From Candidatus Latescibacterota bacterium (lineage in GTDB: Bacteria; Latescibacterota; UBA2968; UBA8231): DNA of 64,000 nt. The number at the start of each line of letters is the position of its first letter. Position 1 is the first letter of the stretch. Under the pieces are notes generated by a model, which saw nothing but the letters and a program-made list of their open reading frames with translations, made no database searches and had not been told where the DNA came from. Shown one piece after another: positions 1 to 9,862 of this stretch. The stretch lies in assembly GCA_965197905.1 (NCBI GenBank), contig CBDAOB010000004.1:1248001-1312000 (forward strand), written 5' to 3'. Made by a program: the position numbers and the translations under genes.

Positions 1-107
1 ACCGTTATCCCGAGGATTCGGTGCACGGTCTTGTTGACCAGCGCCTGTTCGCGTTGGCGGAATGTTTGAAAGAAGGCGAAAACGACGATCGCAAAGAAGA
101 GAACTGA
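1..107 (+). CDS. 3' end of an upstream gene, probably a Lon-like (S16) AAA protease (partial)
   Basis: Frame from nt 3 reads RYPEDSVHGLVDQRLFALAECLKEGENDDRKEEN*, resembling the 'YPEGSVNxLVxxRL' tail of LonB-like proteases; only 34 codons visible. Confidence 0.45.
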   Translation, partial: RYPEDSVHGLVDQRLFALAECLKEGENDDRKEEN

Positions 108-125
108 ATCGAGAGGTGTTGTGCG

Positions 126-1574
126 ATGGCTCTGAGAACAGCGACCGAGTTCAAGACCGGCCTCCAGGATGGTCGCGTCGTTTTTTGCGGCGGTGAGCGT
201 GTCGAAGATGTGACCCACCACCCCGACCTGGGTATCGCGGTAGATCACGTGGCGCTGGATTTCCGGCTGGCGGAGGATCCCGAGCATCTCGAGCTCATGA
301 CCTGGCAGGATCCCGATAGCGGAATCACCTGTAGCCGCTATTTCAAGGTCCCTGGCAGCAGCGCCGACCTCTTGGACCGGCGGGAGATGATCGAACGTTC
401 CACCCGGCTCGGAAGTGGCGTGGTGCTGCTCGTCAAGGAGATCGGATCCGACGCGCTCTTGGCGCTGGACCTGGTGGCGCGCCAGCTCGACCTCCAGTGT
501 GGCACGGAATACACCGCCCGCGTCGGCGCCTTTCACCGCCACTGCATGGAATCGGACCTGACCATGGCGGTCGCCCAAACCGACGTAAAGGGGGATCGCA
601 GTCTCCTGCCCTCGCAGCAGGAACACCCCGACTATTTTGTGCACATCGTCGAGGAGCGGTCCGACGGCATCGTGGTGCGCGGGGCGAAGGCACATACGAC
701 CTGTGCGCCCTACGTCGACGAGCTCATCGTCCTACCCACCCGCGCCCTTGGCAGCGACGATTCCGCCTACTCGGTGGCGTTTGCGGTTCCGCTGGATACG
801 CCCGGATTGAAACTGATTGCCAGTCCGCTGGGCGCGGCGGACGAAGACACCTTCCACTATCCGGTGAGCTCGAAACATCGCATGGTGGACAGCCTCACGA
901 TCTTCGACGACGTCTTCGTACCGTCCGAGCGGATCTTTCTCAAGGGAGAGTGGCAGTTCGCCGGGCCCTTGGCCAACGCCTTCGTAGAATTCCACCGCTT
1001 CACCGCCGTATCTTACAAACCGCCACTGTGCGATCTGTTCATCGGGGCCGCCGCGTTGTTGGCCGAGCTCAACGGGATCGAACGCGCCAGCCACGTGCGC
1101 GAAAAGCTGACCAAGCTCATCACCTACGCCGAGACCGTTCGAGGCTTGAGCCTGGCGGCCGCCCATGAATGCCGCATCTCCGACGCGGGCACTGCCGTCC
1201 CCAACGTGGTCTACACCAACCTGGCCAAGCACTACTTCGCCAGCAACTACCACCAGGCGGTCGCCTGGGTGCAGGATATCGCCGGTGGCCTGGTGGTTAC
1301 GGGACCCTCCAGCGCAGATCTGCAGAATCCGGAAACGCGGCAGTACGTCGACCGCTTTTTCGGCGGCAAAGCGGGTACGTCTGCCGAGACGCGCCTGCGC
1401 GCGTTCAATTTGGTGCGCGATCTGACCGCGTCCGCCTTCGGGGGGTATAACCAGCTCCTGGCGATCCACGCCGAGGGTTCGCTGGAAACGCAGAAGATCA
1501 CCATTCTCCGCGACTACGATGTAGAGCGCTGTAAGGCATTGGCGAAAGCCGCGATCGAGGCGGGCGCTTCCTAG
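126..1574 (+). CDS. HpaB / 4-hydroxybutyryl-CoA dehydratase-like flavoprotein
   Basis: Motifs TDVKGDRS..PSQQ.HPD, GIVVRGAKAHTT, FDDVFVP.ERIF, QDIAGG, IHAEGS; RBS GAGGTG upstream. Confidence 0.85.
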   Translation: MALRTATEFKTGLQDGRVVFCGGERVEDVTHHPDLGIAVDHVALDFRLAEDPEHLELMTWQDPDSGITCSRYFKVPGSSADLLDRREMIERSTRLGSGVVLLVKEIGSDALLALDLVARQLDLQCGTEYTARVGAFHRHCMESDLTMAVAQTDVKGDRSLLPSQQEHPDYFVHIVEERSDGIVVRGAKAHTTCAPYVDELIVLPTRALGSDDSAYSVAFAVPLDTPGLKLIASPLGAADEDTFHYPVSSKHRMVDSLTIFDDVFVPSERIFLKGEWQFAGPLANAFVEFHRFTAVSYKPPLCDLFIGAAALLAELNGIERASHVREKLTKLITYAETVRGLSLAAAHECRISDAGTAVPNVVYTNLAKHYFASNYHQAVAWVQDIAGGLVVTGPSSADLQNPETRQYVDRFFGGKAGTSAETRLRAFNLVRDLTASAFGGYNQLLAIHAEGSLETQKITILRDYDVERCKALAKAAIEAGAS

Positions 1575-1660
1575 GCCGTCCGCCGGCTGCCTGCTGATGA
1601 CGTTGTTAGGCCTCGGTGGCCGCTCGCGGTAGTTGCGGGTGCTAAAACCTCTGGAAGTGG

Positions 1661-3103
1661 CTACTTCTTCCAGAATTGCGGCGACAACAAAACAATCACC
1701 GTAAAGATATCCAGCCGGCCGATCAGCATCAGGGCGGAGAGTATCCACTTCCCGAAGAAAGGAACCTGGGAATAGCCATCGGTTGGACCGACCATTCCCA
1801 GGCCGGGTCCGATGTTGCCCAGGGTCGCCGCGACCGCGCCCATTGAGGTGGTAAAGTCCAATCCCATCGCCGCCATCACCAGGACCCCCGCGACAAAAAG
1901 ACTCACGAAGAGGATCGAATAACCGACCACGTTCGTTACCACCTCCCGGGGAATCGCGGTCGGACCCAGACGTACGGGAACCACGGCGTGAGGGTGCACC
2001 AGTCGGATGACCTCGGTGAGAACGAATTTCAGCAGCAAGTGCACGCGCATGATCTTCATGCCGCCGCAGGTCGATCCGGCACACCCCCCCACAAACATCA
2101 GCACAAACAGCAGAAGTTGTGAGCTCAGCGACCATTGTTCGTAGTCAGCGGTCGTGAAGCCGGTGGTGGTGAGAATAGAGGCCACCTGAAACAGGCTCTT
2201 CTCCGCCGTCTCAGCCAGATTCTGGTAGTTGTTGTAGTAGGTATCGAACCCGATGAGCAGGGTTATCACCGCGGCAATGGCCAGAAAGAGCCGGAACTCC
2301 CCGTTGCGGAGATGGGCGGTGAGGTCGCCGCGCAGGAAGCGGTAGTGCAACGAGAAGTTGGTCCCTCCAAGAATCATGAAGAAGATAATGACGTAGCGAA
2401 TAAAAGTGCTGTCGAAGGCGCCCACGCTGGCGTTGCGCGTTGAGAAACCGGCGGTTGCCACCGTTCCGAAAGCGTGGCAGAGGGCGTCGAAGAACTTCAT
2501 GCCACCTGCCAGGAGCAGCACGACCAACGCGGCGGAGATCAGCAGGTAGACGCCGGACAGAATCTTGGCGGTCTCGGTAATGCGCGGTGTCAGCTTGTCG
2601 ACCACCGGTCCCGGGATCTCTGCTTTGAACAACTGCATACCGCCAACGCCGAGGAACGGCAGGATGGCGAGCGACAGCACGATGATGCCCATGCCTCCGA
2701 TCCAGTGGGTGAGACTGCGCCAGAACAACACGCCGTGGGGCATCCCCTCGATATCGACGAGGATGCTAGCTCCGGTGGTAGTAAATCCGGAAACCGTCTC
2801 GAAAAAGGCGTCGGTGACCGACGGTATGCTGTTCGAGAAGAGGTATGGAAGGGTGCCGAACGCGGAGAAGCTGAGCCAGGCCAGGGTCACTACCGCGAAT
2901 CCCTCTTTGGGGCGCAGGTCCTGTTCCAGCTTGTAGGAACGGAAGGCGAGGAGCCCGGCGAAAAACGTCACCCCGGCGCTCATTAGAAATGCCGAGTAAT
3001 CTCCGTCACCGTAATATATAGAGAAAGGTATCGGCAGCAGCATGGTCCCGGAAAGGAAGACCAGCAGGAATCCTATAATGTGGATTACACCGCCGAAACG
3101 CAT
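1661..3103 (-). CDS. trkH: Trk potassium uptake membrane protein
   Basis: Four pore loops: [40 protein letters not shown]. Confidence 0.95.
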   Translation of the reverse strand: MRFGGVIHIIGFLLVFLSGTMLLPIPFSIYYGDGDYSAFLMSAGVTFFAGLLAFRSYKLEQDLRPKEGFAVVTLAWLSFSAFGTLPYLFSNSIPSVTDAFFETVSGFTTTGASILVDIEGMPHGVLFWRSLTHWIGGMGIIVLSLAILPFLGVGGMQLFKAEIPGPVVDKLTPRITETAKILSGVYLLISAALVVLLLAGGMKFFDALCHAFGTVATAGFSTRNASVGAFDSTFIRYVIIFFMILGGTNFSLHYRFLRGDLTAHLRNGEFRLFLAIAAVITLLIGFDTYYNNYQNLAETAEKSLFQVASILTTTGFTTADYEQWSLSSQLLLFVLMFVGGCAGSTCGGMKIMRVHLLLKFVLTEVIRLVHPHAVVPVRLGPTAIPREVVTNVVGYSILFVSLFVAGVLVMAAMGLDFTTSMGAVAATLGNIGPGLGMVGPTDGYSQVPFFGKWILSALMLIGRLDIFTVIVLLSPQFWKK

Positions 3104-3119
3104 CGCCCCTGTTTCGCGC

Positions 3120-4463
3120 CTAACTGCTGAACAGCTTTTCCACTTGTTCCAACGCCTGGGGCAGGGTAAAAACCACCGCCTTGTCGCCGGACTGAAGTTG
3201 GGTGACGCCGGTCGGAATGATCAGTTGATCGTCGCGCAGCAAAGCCCCGATAATGCTGTGTTTGGGAATCTTGAAGCCGCTCAACGGTTTGCTCGTAATC
3301 TTGCTGCCTTCGAGAACGCGGTACTCGATGCAGTGGGCGTCGATGCCCGGAAAGGACGCGATGGAAACGACCTCCTGGTGCTGGATGTGTCGCTGCACAG
3401 CGTTGACCGTCAGTAGCTGTTTGCTGATCACCGCATCCATGCCAATAGTGGGCGTGATGGGCAGGTATTCGACCTTGTTCACCAGTGCAATCGTCCGGGC
3501 CACTTCCAAATGGTGCGCCATGAGGGTGGCGATAATGTTGGTTTCGTCGTCCCCGGTAACCGCCACGAAGGCATCCATCTCAAGGATGCCCTCACTGGCA
3601 AGCAGATCATAGTCCATGCCGTCGCCCTGAATGATCAGCGTTTCCGGCAGCTGGTCGGCGATCTCCCACGATTTCTCTACTTTGCTCTCGATCAGCTTGA
3701 CGTTGACCCCGGGGGTGAGAGAGCTGGCCACGAACTGTCCGACCAAACCACCGCCGAGGATCATAACATCTTCGATCACCGTATCCTTCTTGCCGGCGGC
3801 GTTGACGAACGTTGACAAGTAGCTAGGGTCGCACATGGCGTAGATCTGATCGCCGGCCACCAGAACGTCGGGTCCGCGTGGAATTAACGTATGTTGTTTC
3901 CGTTGGACCGCGACGATGCGCACAGGCGGATAGTTGTGCCGCACCCACAGCTCAGCCAGCGGCGTGTGCAGAAGTCTAGAATCCTCTTCGAGGCGAATAC
4001 CCAGCAACTGTACCTTGCCGCCTTCGAACTCGGTGATATCGGTGGCGCTCGATTGACGGATGAGGCGCACGATGGCATCCGCGGTTTCGCGTTCGGGATG
4101 GATGATCAAATCGGTACCCAGTTCTTCGGCGGTGAGCGGATATTCGGGAAGGGTGTACTCGGGATTGCGAACGCGGGCGATGGTGGAGGCCGCGCCCAGC
4201 CGCTTCGCCAGTCGACACGCGAGAAGATTCGCTTCCTCGTTGGTGGTCATGGCAGCCACGACGTCGGTCTGACCGATATGGGCTTCGCGCAAGGTACGAA
4301 CGCTGGTACCGTTGCCGGATACGACCAGAACGTCGAGTTGTTCGCCGGCGCGGCGGGCGCGGCGCGGGTCGATCTCGATTAAGGTGATATCGTGATCGTG
4401 CCGGGACAGCTGCTTGCACAGCTGGAAACCGATGGCGCCGGCGCCTATGATGAGAATGCGCAT
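3120..4463 (-). CDS. trkA: Trk potassium uptake NAD-binding regulatory subunit
   Basis: Starts MRILIIGAGAIG; second RCK with ILGGGLVG; immediately upstream of trkH; start trimmed from the ORF track. Confidence 0.93.
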   Translation of the reverse strand: MRILIIGAGAIGFQLCKQLSRHDHDITLIEIDPRRARRAGEQLDVLVVSGNGTSVRTLREAHIGQTDVVAAMTTNEEANLLACRLAKRLGAASTIARVRNPEYTLPEYPLTAEELGTDLIIHPERETADAIVRLIRQSSATDITEFEGGKVQLLGIRLEEDSRLLHTPLAELWVRHNYPPVRIVAVQRKQHTLIPRGPDVLVAGDQIYAMCDPSYLSTFVNAAGKKDTVIEDVMILGGGLVGQFVASSLTPGVNVKLIESKVEKSWEIADQLPETLIIQGDGMDYDLLASEGILEMDAFVAVTGDDETNIIATLMAHHLEVARTIALVNKVEYLPITPTIGMDAVISKQLLTVNAVQRHIQHQEVVSIASFPGIDAHCIEYRVLEGSKITSKPLSGFKIPKHSIIGALLRDDQLIIPTGVTQLQSGDKAVVFTLPQALEQVEKLFSS

Positions 4464-4622
4464 GTACCGTCTCGCTAGCTGATAGAACAGACAGTAGTCA
4501 AACCAGCCACCCCCGCCGGCCCCAAAATCGTCGCCTCTGTCTGCACGGGGACAGTACGGCATCCGGACGGTTGCGTCCAACCTGATCGACTAGGTAGAGA
4601 AAGCACCATGGTAGCGCATCGG

Positions 4623-5723
4623 TCATTCGTCGTCTTCGTGATCGTGATCCTCGACGTCACCGCCGTGACCGGTGCGCAAATGGAGGAGGTATTGGATCAA
4701 GGCGTTGCGGTCTTCAAGTGGTTGTTCATCATAACTTCCCGCTCCCCGCTCCGTTCTGGTTTCCCACATGAAGCGGACCTTTTCCCCCAAGTCGCCCTCC
4801 GCCAGCGCGCTTGTGCGGAGGTCATGGGCTTGAGGATCCGCCGGTTGGAATCCGTCCGCATCAAGAAACCCTTCGGGACCGTGGCAGGATTGGCAGGCAA
4901 GACCAGCGGGACTTTCGGCGCTGAACAGCGCCAACCCCCTCCGAATGATTTCGGCGTCATCTGAAACAGTGAACCCTTCGATTTGCTGAACGAATCCCAG
5001 CGAAAAGATTGATGTGCCGTTTTCCTGTAGCAGGGTCTGGGCATCGGCATTGCCCATGATGCCACCGCGCCCGGCGAAGTCGTAGACGTTTGGTTCGGTA
5101 AACCACTCGTTGATGTCCATGACCACCTGGATCGCCCACTCGTCGCCATCGAGGTGGAGCACGATCGGTAGGTGCAAGTCGATGGAATAATCGATCCCTC
5201 CCGATGGTCCGGTGTGTACCAGGAAAGCACCCTCCTCGTCGCCGGCCGCAAAATTGCCTTCGAGCTTCATGTAGTGATAACCGCCGCCAATGACATCGGG
5301 CCAGGCCATGCCGTTGTAATCCGCCTCGTTCGGCAGCGCGCCGGTAAGGTTGTCCTCTCCCGTGATGCCGAACGTGAACGCCAGTGCGGTATAGTCGCCG
5401 GCCGGCATCTTCACCGCGGTGAATTTTTGCGTCGCGGGACGTGCCGCATCGCGGTAATGCCGATTCTCGATCAGGACAGCGCCGCCGTCAGCATCTATCA
5501 ATCTGAAATCGCTAGTGATGTATTCAAGAGTCAGAACCTCGTACCGATTACCGGCGGCATTGGCGTACTCGTCGCTGTGCAGAGTGAGATCCTCGCCGTC
5601 AACCACATGTTCCAATGAGACCGTGACCGTGCCGGCATCATCCTTGTCGTCGTCCCCACAGCTATAGAGCGAGACCAGCAAAAGTGCGAGGACTGAAAGG
5701 ATTGATCGATTCAGGGGAGGCAT
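4623..5723 (-). CDS. MbnP-like lipoprotein with C-terminal CxxCH cytochrome c domain
   Basis: Lipobox LYSC; motifs LEYITSD, MAWP....GYHYMKLEG typical of MbnP-like proteins; CQSCH; His/acidic tail. Confidence 0.65.
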   Translation of the reverse strand: MPPLNRSILSVLALLLVSLYSCGDDDKDDAGTVTVSLEHVVDGEDLTLHSDEYANAAGNRYEVLTLEYITSDFRLIDADGGAVLIENRHYRDAARPATQKFTAVKMPAGDYTALAFTFGITGEDNLTGALPNEADYNGMAWPDVIGGGYHYMKLEGNFAAGDEEGAFLVHTGPSGGIDYSIDLHLPIVLHLDGDEWAIQVVMDINEWFTEPNVYDFAGRGGIMGNADAQTLLQENGTSIFSLGFVQQIEGFTVSDDAEIIRRGLALFSAESPAGLACQSCHGPEGFLDADGFQPADPQAHDLRTSALAEGDLGEKVRFMWETRTERGAGSYDEQPLEDRNALIQYLLHLRTGHGGDVEDHDHEDDE

Positions 5724-5787
5724 TGGCGCTCGATTACATCAGGAGTTGCCGCGCGGAGCGGATCGCCAAGGACGCCAGTGCTTTGGC

Positions 5788-6732
5788 TCAATATCCTTTG
5801 GACTTGTCGATAACCGCCAGCAGCGGTTCGCCGGACCGATACCGTCGCAGGTTTTCGCAGAACAGATCTGTGGTTCGGCGATTTCTTTCCGGTGAGGCTC
5901 CGGCAGTGTGCGGGGTGATGACCACGTTTTCCATCTGCCACAACGGGTGATCGTCGGGCAGCGGTTCCTGGGGCGTTACATCGAGACCTGCACCGCCGAT
6001 CGATCCGGTTTCCAACGCTTCGACCAGCGCCTGTTCGTCAACGATTTTTCCCCGGGTCACGTTAAGGAGCAGGGCGTGGGACTGCATGTGATTAAACGCC
6101 GAGCGGTCGAAGAAACCTTCGGTTTCCGGCGTCAGCGGTGCACAAATGGCGACGACGTCCGCTCGCTCCAACAGATGCTGGAGCCGGTCCATGCCCCAGC
6201 ACGCTTCGACGCACTCGGGGAGATCCATCGATTCCGGGTCCACGGCAATGACGTTCATCCCGAACGCCGCTGCCCGGGTCGCCAGCTCTCGTCCAGTACC
6301 ACCGAGACCCACGATACCCATCACCCGACCGGGTAGCTCCCACGAGCGCTTGCGAATGGCCATCTTCACGGTCCAGTTGCGGGCGCGGATTGCAGTTCCG
6401 AGGCCGCGGGTAAGAGCTAGGAGAAGGGCCATGGCGTGCTCAGCGAGATGCACCCCGACGTTTCCCTTGGCGCTGGTGATGACAACGTCTGAGGCAACGC
6501 ACTCCGGCGTCAGGGCGCCATCCACCCCGGCAGAAGGGAACTGGATCCAGCGCAGCTTCTTAGCGCTGCTGTAGAGATCGGGGTCGAAACCTCCGAAGAC
6601 GATCTCTACCTGCTCAACAATCTCGGCTATCTGCTCCTGGCTTTGGCGCGACAGGACCTCCACATCCGCTCCCACCGCGCGTATCTGGTCGATCAATTGC
6701 TCTTCCAGGTCAAACGTCAACAGGATCTTCAT
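5788..6732 (-). CDS. D-2-hydroxyacid dehydrogenase family
   Basis: GLGGTG Rossmann motif, NVTRG, LDVTPQEP, TPHTAG. Confidence 0.92.
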   Translation of the reverse strand: MKILLTFDLEEQLIDQIRAVGADVEVLSRQSQEQIAEIVEQVEIVFGGFDPDLYSSAKKLRWIQFPSAGVDGALTPECVASDVVITSAKGNVGVHLAEHAMALLLALTRGLGTAIRARNWTVKMAIRKRSWELPGRVMGIVGLGGTGRELATRAAAFGMNVIAVDPESMDLPECVEACWGMDRLQHLLERADVVAICAPLTPETEGFFDRSAFNHMQSHALLLNVTRGKIVDEQALVEALETGSIGGAGLDVTPQEPLPDDHPLWQMENVVITPHTAGASPERNRRTTDLFCENLRRYRSGEPLLAVIDKSKGY

Positions 6733-6928
6733 GGTTTCGCCCGTAGCGCCCCAGGTCGGCGCGGATGAATTCCAAAGTCGTGAGCAGCTTTGAAGCTACC
6801 GGCCGTCGAACCGCACGACGTGAGAAAGTATTTGAGCAAGGGGTGCGTATTCGGTATACATATAAGCGAAATAACAGCCAAGATAAATGAAGTTAATAAC
6901 TGAGGATTTGCAATCGAGGAGCTGCGAG

Positions 6929-8107
6929 ATGCCGACGAGTCCATTGAAGGTTTCAAGCGTGTTATTCTGCGCTGCAGCAGTCCTGTTGGTGGGCGGAATC
7001 GCCAGGGTCGATGCGCAACCGGTCATGGGCGAGGTTCCGCAGGCGGTGACCGACCAGTTCTTGTCCGATGTGAAAGGGGTCAAGGTCGAAACCTGGGTCC
7101 AGGATCTCGAGGTCCCCTGGTCGCTGAAGTTCCTCCCCAACGGAGATGCCCTGGTTGCCGAGCGACCCGGCAGGATTCAGCGCATACCGAAGGGAATGGA
7201 CCAGGCGGAACTCTACGCCGAAATAGAGGTGGCTGCCACCGGCGACAACGGTCTGTTGGGCATGACACTGCATCCCGATTTCGCCAGTCAACCGTTTGTC
7301 TATGCCATGCACGGTCATTACCCGACCGATAACAGTTTTTCGATGCGCGTCATTCGGTTACGTCACGAAGGCAGGAAAGCTCGATTCGACCGGGTGATCA
7401 TCGACGGGATTCCGGGTGATCCGATTCATATCGGCGGCAGGATCGCCTTTGGTCCGGATGGGTTGCTTTATGTAGGTACCGGCGATCTTTGGAATCAGGA
7501 GGTGTCCCAGGATCTGAATTCGCTGGCCGGCAAGATCCTGCGCGTCACCCCTGAGGGAAAAATCCCCGACGACAACCCGTTCCCGGGCTCGCCGATCTAC
7601 TCCTATGGTCACCGAGTCGTCCAGGGACTAACCTGGGATCCGGAAACCGGCGTCATGTTCAATTCCGAACACGGGCCCTCCGGCGAATGGCCCGGGGTCT
7701 TACACCGGGACGAAATCAATATCGTCGAAAAAGGGGGCAACTACGGCTGGGCGAAGGTGGTAGGCGCACCAAGGTTGGCCGAATACAAAGATCCGATCGC
7801 CATGTGGCGGCAAGAGTCCGTCCCGCCGGCTGGCATGACCTTCTTTCGGGGCGATCTCTTCGTGGCCACCTTGGGAAGCCAGGCGCTGTTGCGCATTCGG
7901 TTCGAGGACCATAGCGAATACAAAGTGGCCGAGATTCAGCGTTGGTTCGGCCACAACCTTAACTACGGACGCTACGATCGGTTGCGCGATGTGACGGAAG
8001 GACCGGACGGCAACCTGTACGTGCTTACCAGCAATCGGGGCGGGCGCGCCGCGCTGCGGGCCAACGACGACAAGATCCTGCGGTTGATAGTCGCGACGCC
8101 AGAATAG
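6929..8107 (+). CDS. PQQ-dependent sugar dehydrogenase (glucose/sorbosone dehydrogenase family)
   Basis: Signal peptide; HIGGRIAFGPDG, GKILR, YGHR, NYGW, GPDG motifs; GAGGAG RBS before ATG 6929. Confidence 0.88.
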   Translation: MPTSPLKVSSVLFCAAAVLLVGGIARVDAQPVMGEVPQAVTDQFLSDVKGVKVETWVQDLEVPWSLKFLPNGDALVAERPGRIQRIPKGMDQAELYAEIEVAATGDNGLLGMTLHPDFASQPFVYAMHGHYPTDNSFSMRVIRLRHEGRKARFDRVIIDGIPGDPIHIGGRIAFGPDGLLYVGTGDLWNQEVSQDLNSLAGKILRVTPEGKIPDDNPFPGSPIYSYGHRVVQGLTWDPETGVMFNSEHGPSGEWPGVLHRDEINIVEKGGNYGWAKVVGAPRLAEYKDPIAMWRQESVPPAGMTFFRGDLFVATLGSQALLRIRFEDHSEYKVAEIQRWFGHNLNYGRYDRLRDVTEGPDGNLYVLTSNRGGRAALRANDDKILRLIVATPE

Positions 8108-8125
8108 CCCGGAATCGCCTGACCG

Positions 8126-9838
8126 TCATTTCAATATGCCCGACACATCGGCGATCCAGATGCTCGGTTCCGTGCTTTTGTAGCTCAGATACAGGATCTT
8201 GCGGCCGTCCGGGGACCAGCGCGGCGATGCGTCGCCGAAATTGATCGCCAGCAACACCGACGGACTTCCCCCCGTCAACGGAACCGTGCAGACATCGTTT
8301 TGCCAGATGTAGGTGATCGTCGTCCCATCGGGAGACCAGTGCGGGGAATGACCGGCAGCGAGCCATCTTGCATTGCCGCCCGCGGCTGGAATAACCCAAA
8401 GATTCCACTCTTTGTCCGTCTGTCCTGCGAACGGCCGGTCGGAAGCAAAGACGATCTGGCTCCCATCCGGGGACCAGGACGGGTCAGTGTCGACGCCCGG
8501 TGACTCATCTAGTGCACGAGGCGATCCGCCCCCCGCAGGCACGATCCAGATATCTGCCTCTTCGTCGGTTCCCGAGGCGATCGCCATTAGCTGGCTGTCG
8601 GGAGACCAGGCCATCGCCAGGTCAGCGCTCGCATCCATACTCGCCTGACGCGGTTCCTCACCATCAGCCGCAACCGTCCAGTACTTCCCGATCTCACCCT
8701 TGCGAACGAAAGCCACCGTCGTGCCATCTGGGGACCAACGTACATCCGTTTTACCATCGTCCAGGATGCCGCCTTGAGTCAGCGCCTTCTCCCCGCTGCC
8801 ATCCACTTTCACCCGCCACAGATCGGGGCCCTCGGCACCGAACCTGGCAACAGCCACCTCTCCCCCGTCGGGGGACCAGCTGGCCCCCTTGCCGGGAGCG
8901 ATGTCCAGATCGCCGCCAATGGTGGCGGCCTCCCCTTCTTCCAGGTCGATCGCCCACAATTCGTTCAGCGTGATGTGCCAGGTGAAGCTGATGCGGCGGC
9001 CGTCTGGTGACCAGGAAGGCCAAACCTCATACGAAGGGGTATCGGTCAATTGAATCTCGGCGCTTCCATCAACGGCTGAGAGATATAAGTCGCGGACCCC
9101 GGTGCGGCTGGAGTTGAAGGCGATCCACTTGCCATCGGGCGACCAATCGGGCGAGCCAGCGCGGGGATGTTCGGTAAGCCGGCGCGGAGAACCTCCCGTC
9201 GCGGGAATAACCCACAGGTTGTTGTCCTTTCTATCCTCTGTCGAGCCTGTAAAAACGATCCATTCGCCGTCGGGCGACCAGGCGGGATTGTTGCTGCGCG
9301 GAAACCCGGTCTCGAGGGTTCGGATAGCTCGGGTGCTGACATCGAGGATTCGTAGTACCGATCCCTCACCCTTCTTCGCCTCGTAGATGAGCTCCCTTCC
9401 GTCCGGCGACCAGCCGAACTGGCCCCGCATGACCGAATCTGCCGCCGTCGTTACCTGCCGCACGGTTTCCTCCGCCGGCCCGAAGGGATCTACGGAGTAC
9501 AGATTCCAACAGTCGGCCCGGTTCGACATGAAGGTGAGCAGATTGCCGTTCGGTGACCATTCGAGATAGCGGTCGTAATTCGGGTCGGTCGTGAGCTGCC
9601 GGGCGTCGCCTCCTGCCGCCGGTTTGATCCAGACATCGCGGCTGCCGCCTCGGGTTGAAATGAAGGCGATCCATTCGCCATCGGGCGACCAAACTGCCGT
9701 CTCATCCCGTTCCGGAACGTGAGTATAGCGTACGATATCGATCGGTTCGGTCGGTCGCGTGGCCGTCGGTAGTTCCTGAGCCGTGGTGTCTGCCGATATC
9801 AACGCGAAAACCAGGAAAAACAAGGTCCGTCGTTTCAT
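8126..9838 (-). CDS. Secreted TolB-like PD40-repeat beta-propeller protein (paralog 2)
   Basis: Signal peptide; ~12 WSPDG repeats; no catalytic domain recognised. Confidence 0.88.
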   Translation of the reverse strand: MKRRTLFFLVFALISADTTAQELPTATRPTEPIDIVRYTHVPERDETAVWSPDGEWIAFISTRGGSRDVWIKPAAGGDARQLTTDPNYDRYLEWSPNGNLLTFMSNRADCWNLYSVDPFGPAEETVRQVTTAADSVMRGQFGWSPDGRELIYEAKKGEGSVLRILDVSTRAIRTLETGFPRSNNPAWSPDGEWIVFTGSTEDRKDNNLWVIPATGGSPRRLTEHPRAGSPDWSPDGKWIAFNSSRTGVRDLYLSAVDGSAEIQLTDTPSYEVWPSWSPDGRRISFTWHITLNELWAIDLEEGEAATIGGDLDIAPGKGASWSPDGGEVAVARFGAEGPDLWRVKVDGSGEKALTQGGILDDGKTDVRWSPDGTTVAFVRKGEIGKYWTVAADGEEPRQASMDASADLAMAWSPDSQLMAIASGTDEEADIWIVPAGGGSPRALDESPGVDTDPSWSPDGSQIVFASDRPFAGQTDKEWNLWVIPAAGGNARWLAAGHSPHWSPDGTTITYIWQNDVCTVPLTGGSPSVLLAINFGDASPRWSPDGRKILYLSYKSTEPSIWIADVSGILK

Positions 9839-9862
9839 AACAACCCTCCCTCCGCTGTCCGT

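Noticed and set aside
732..2135. 467-aa minus-strand ORF and similar long shadow ORFs (25773..26819, 29070..30116, 45507..46475, 58962..60296)
   Set aside because: They overlap well-supported genes, carry no motifs, and are expected in GC-rich DNA.
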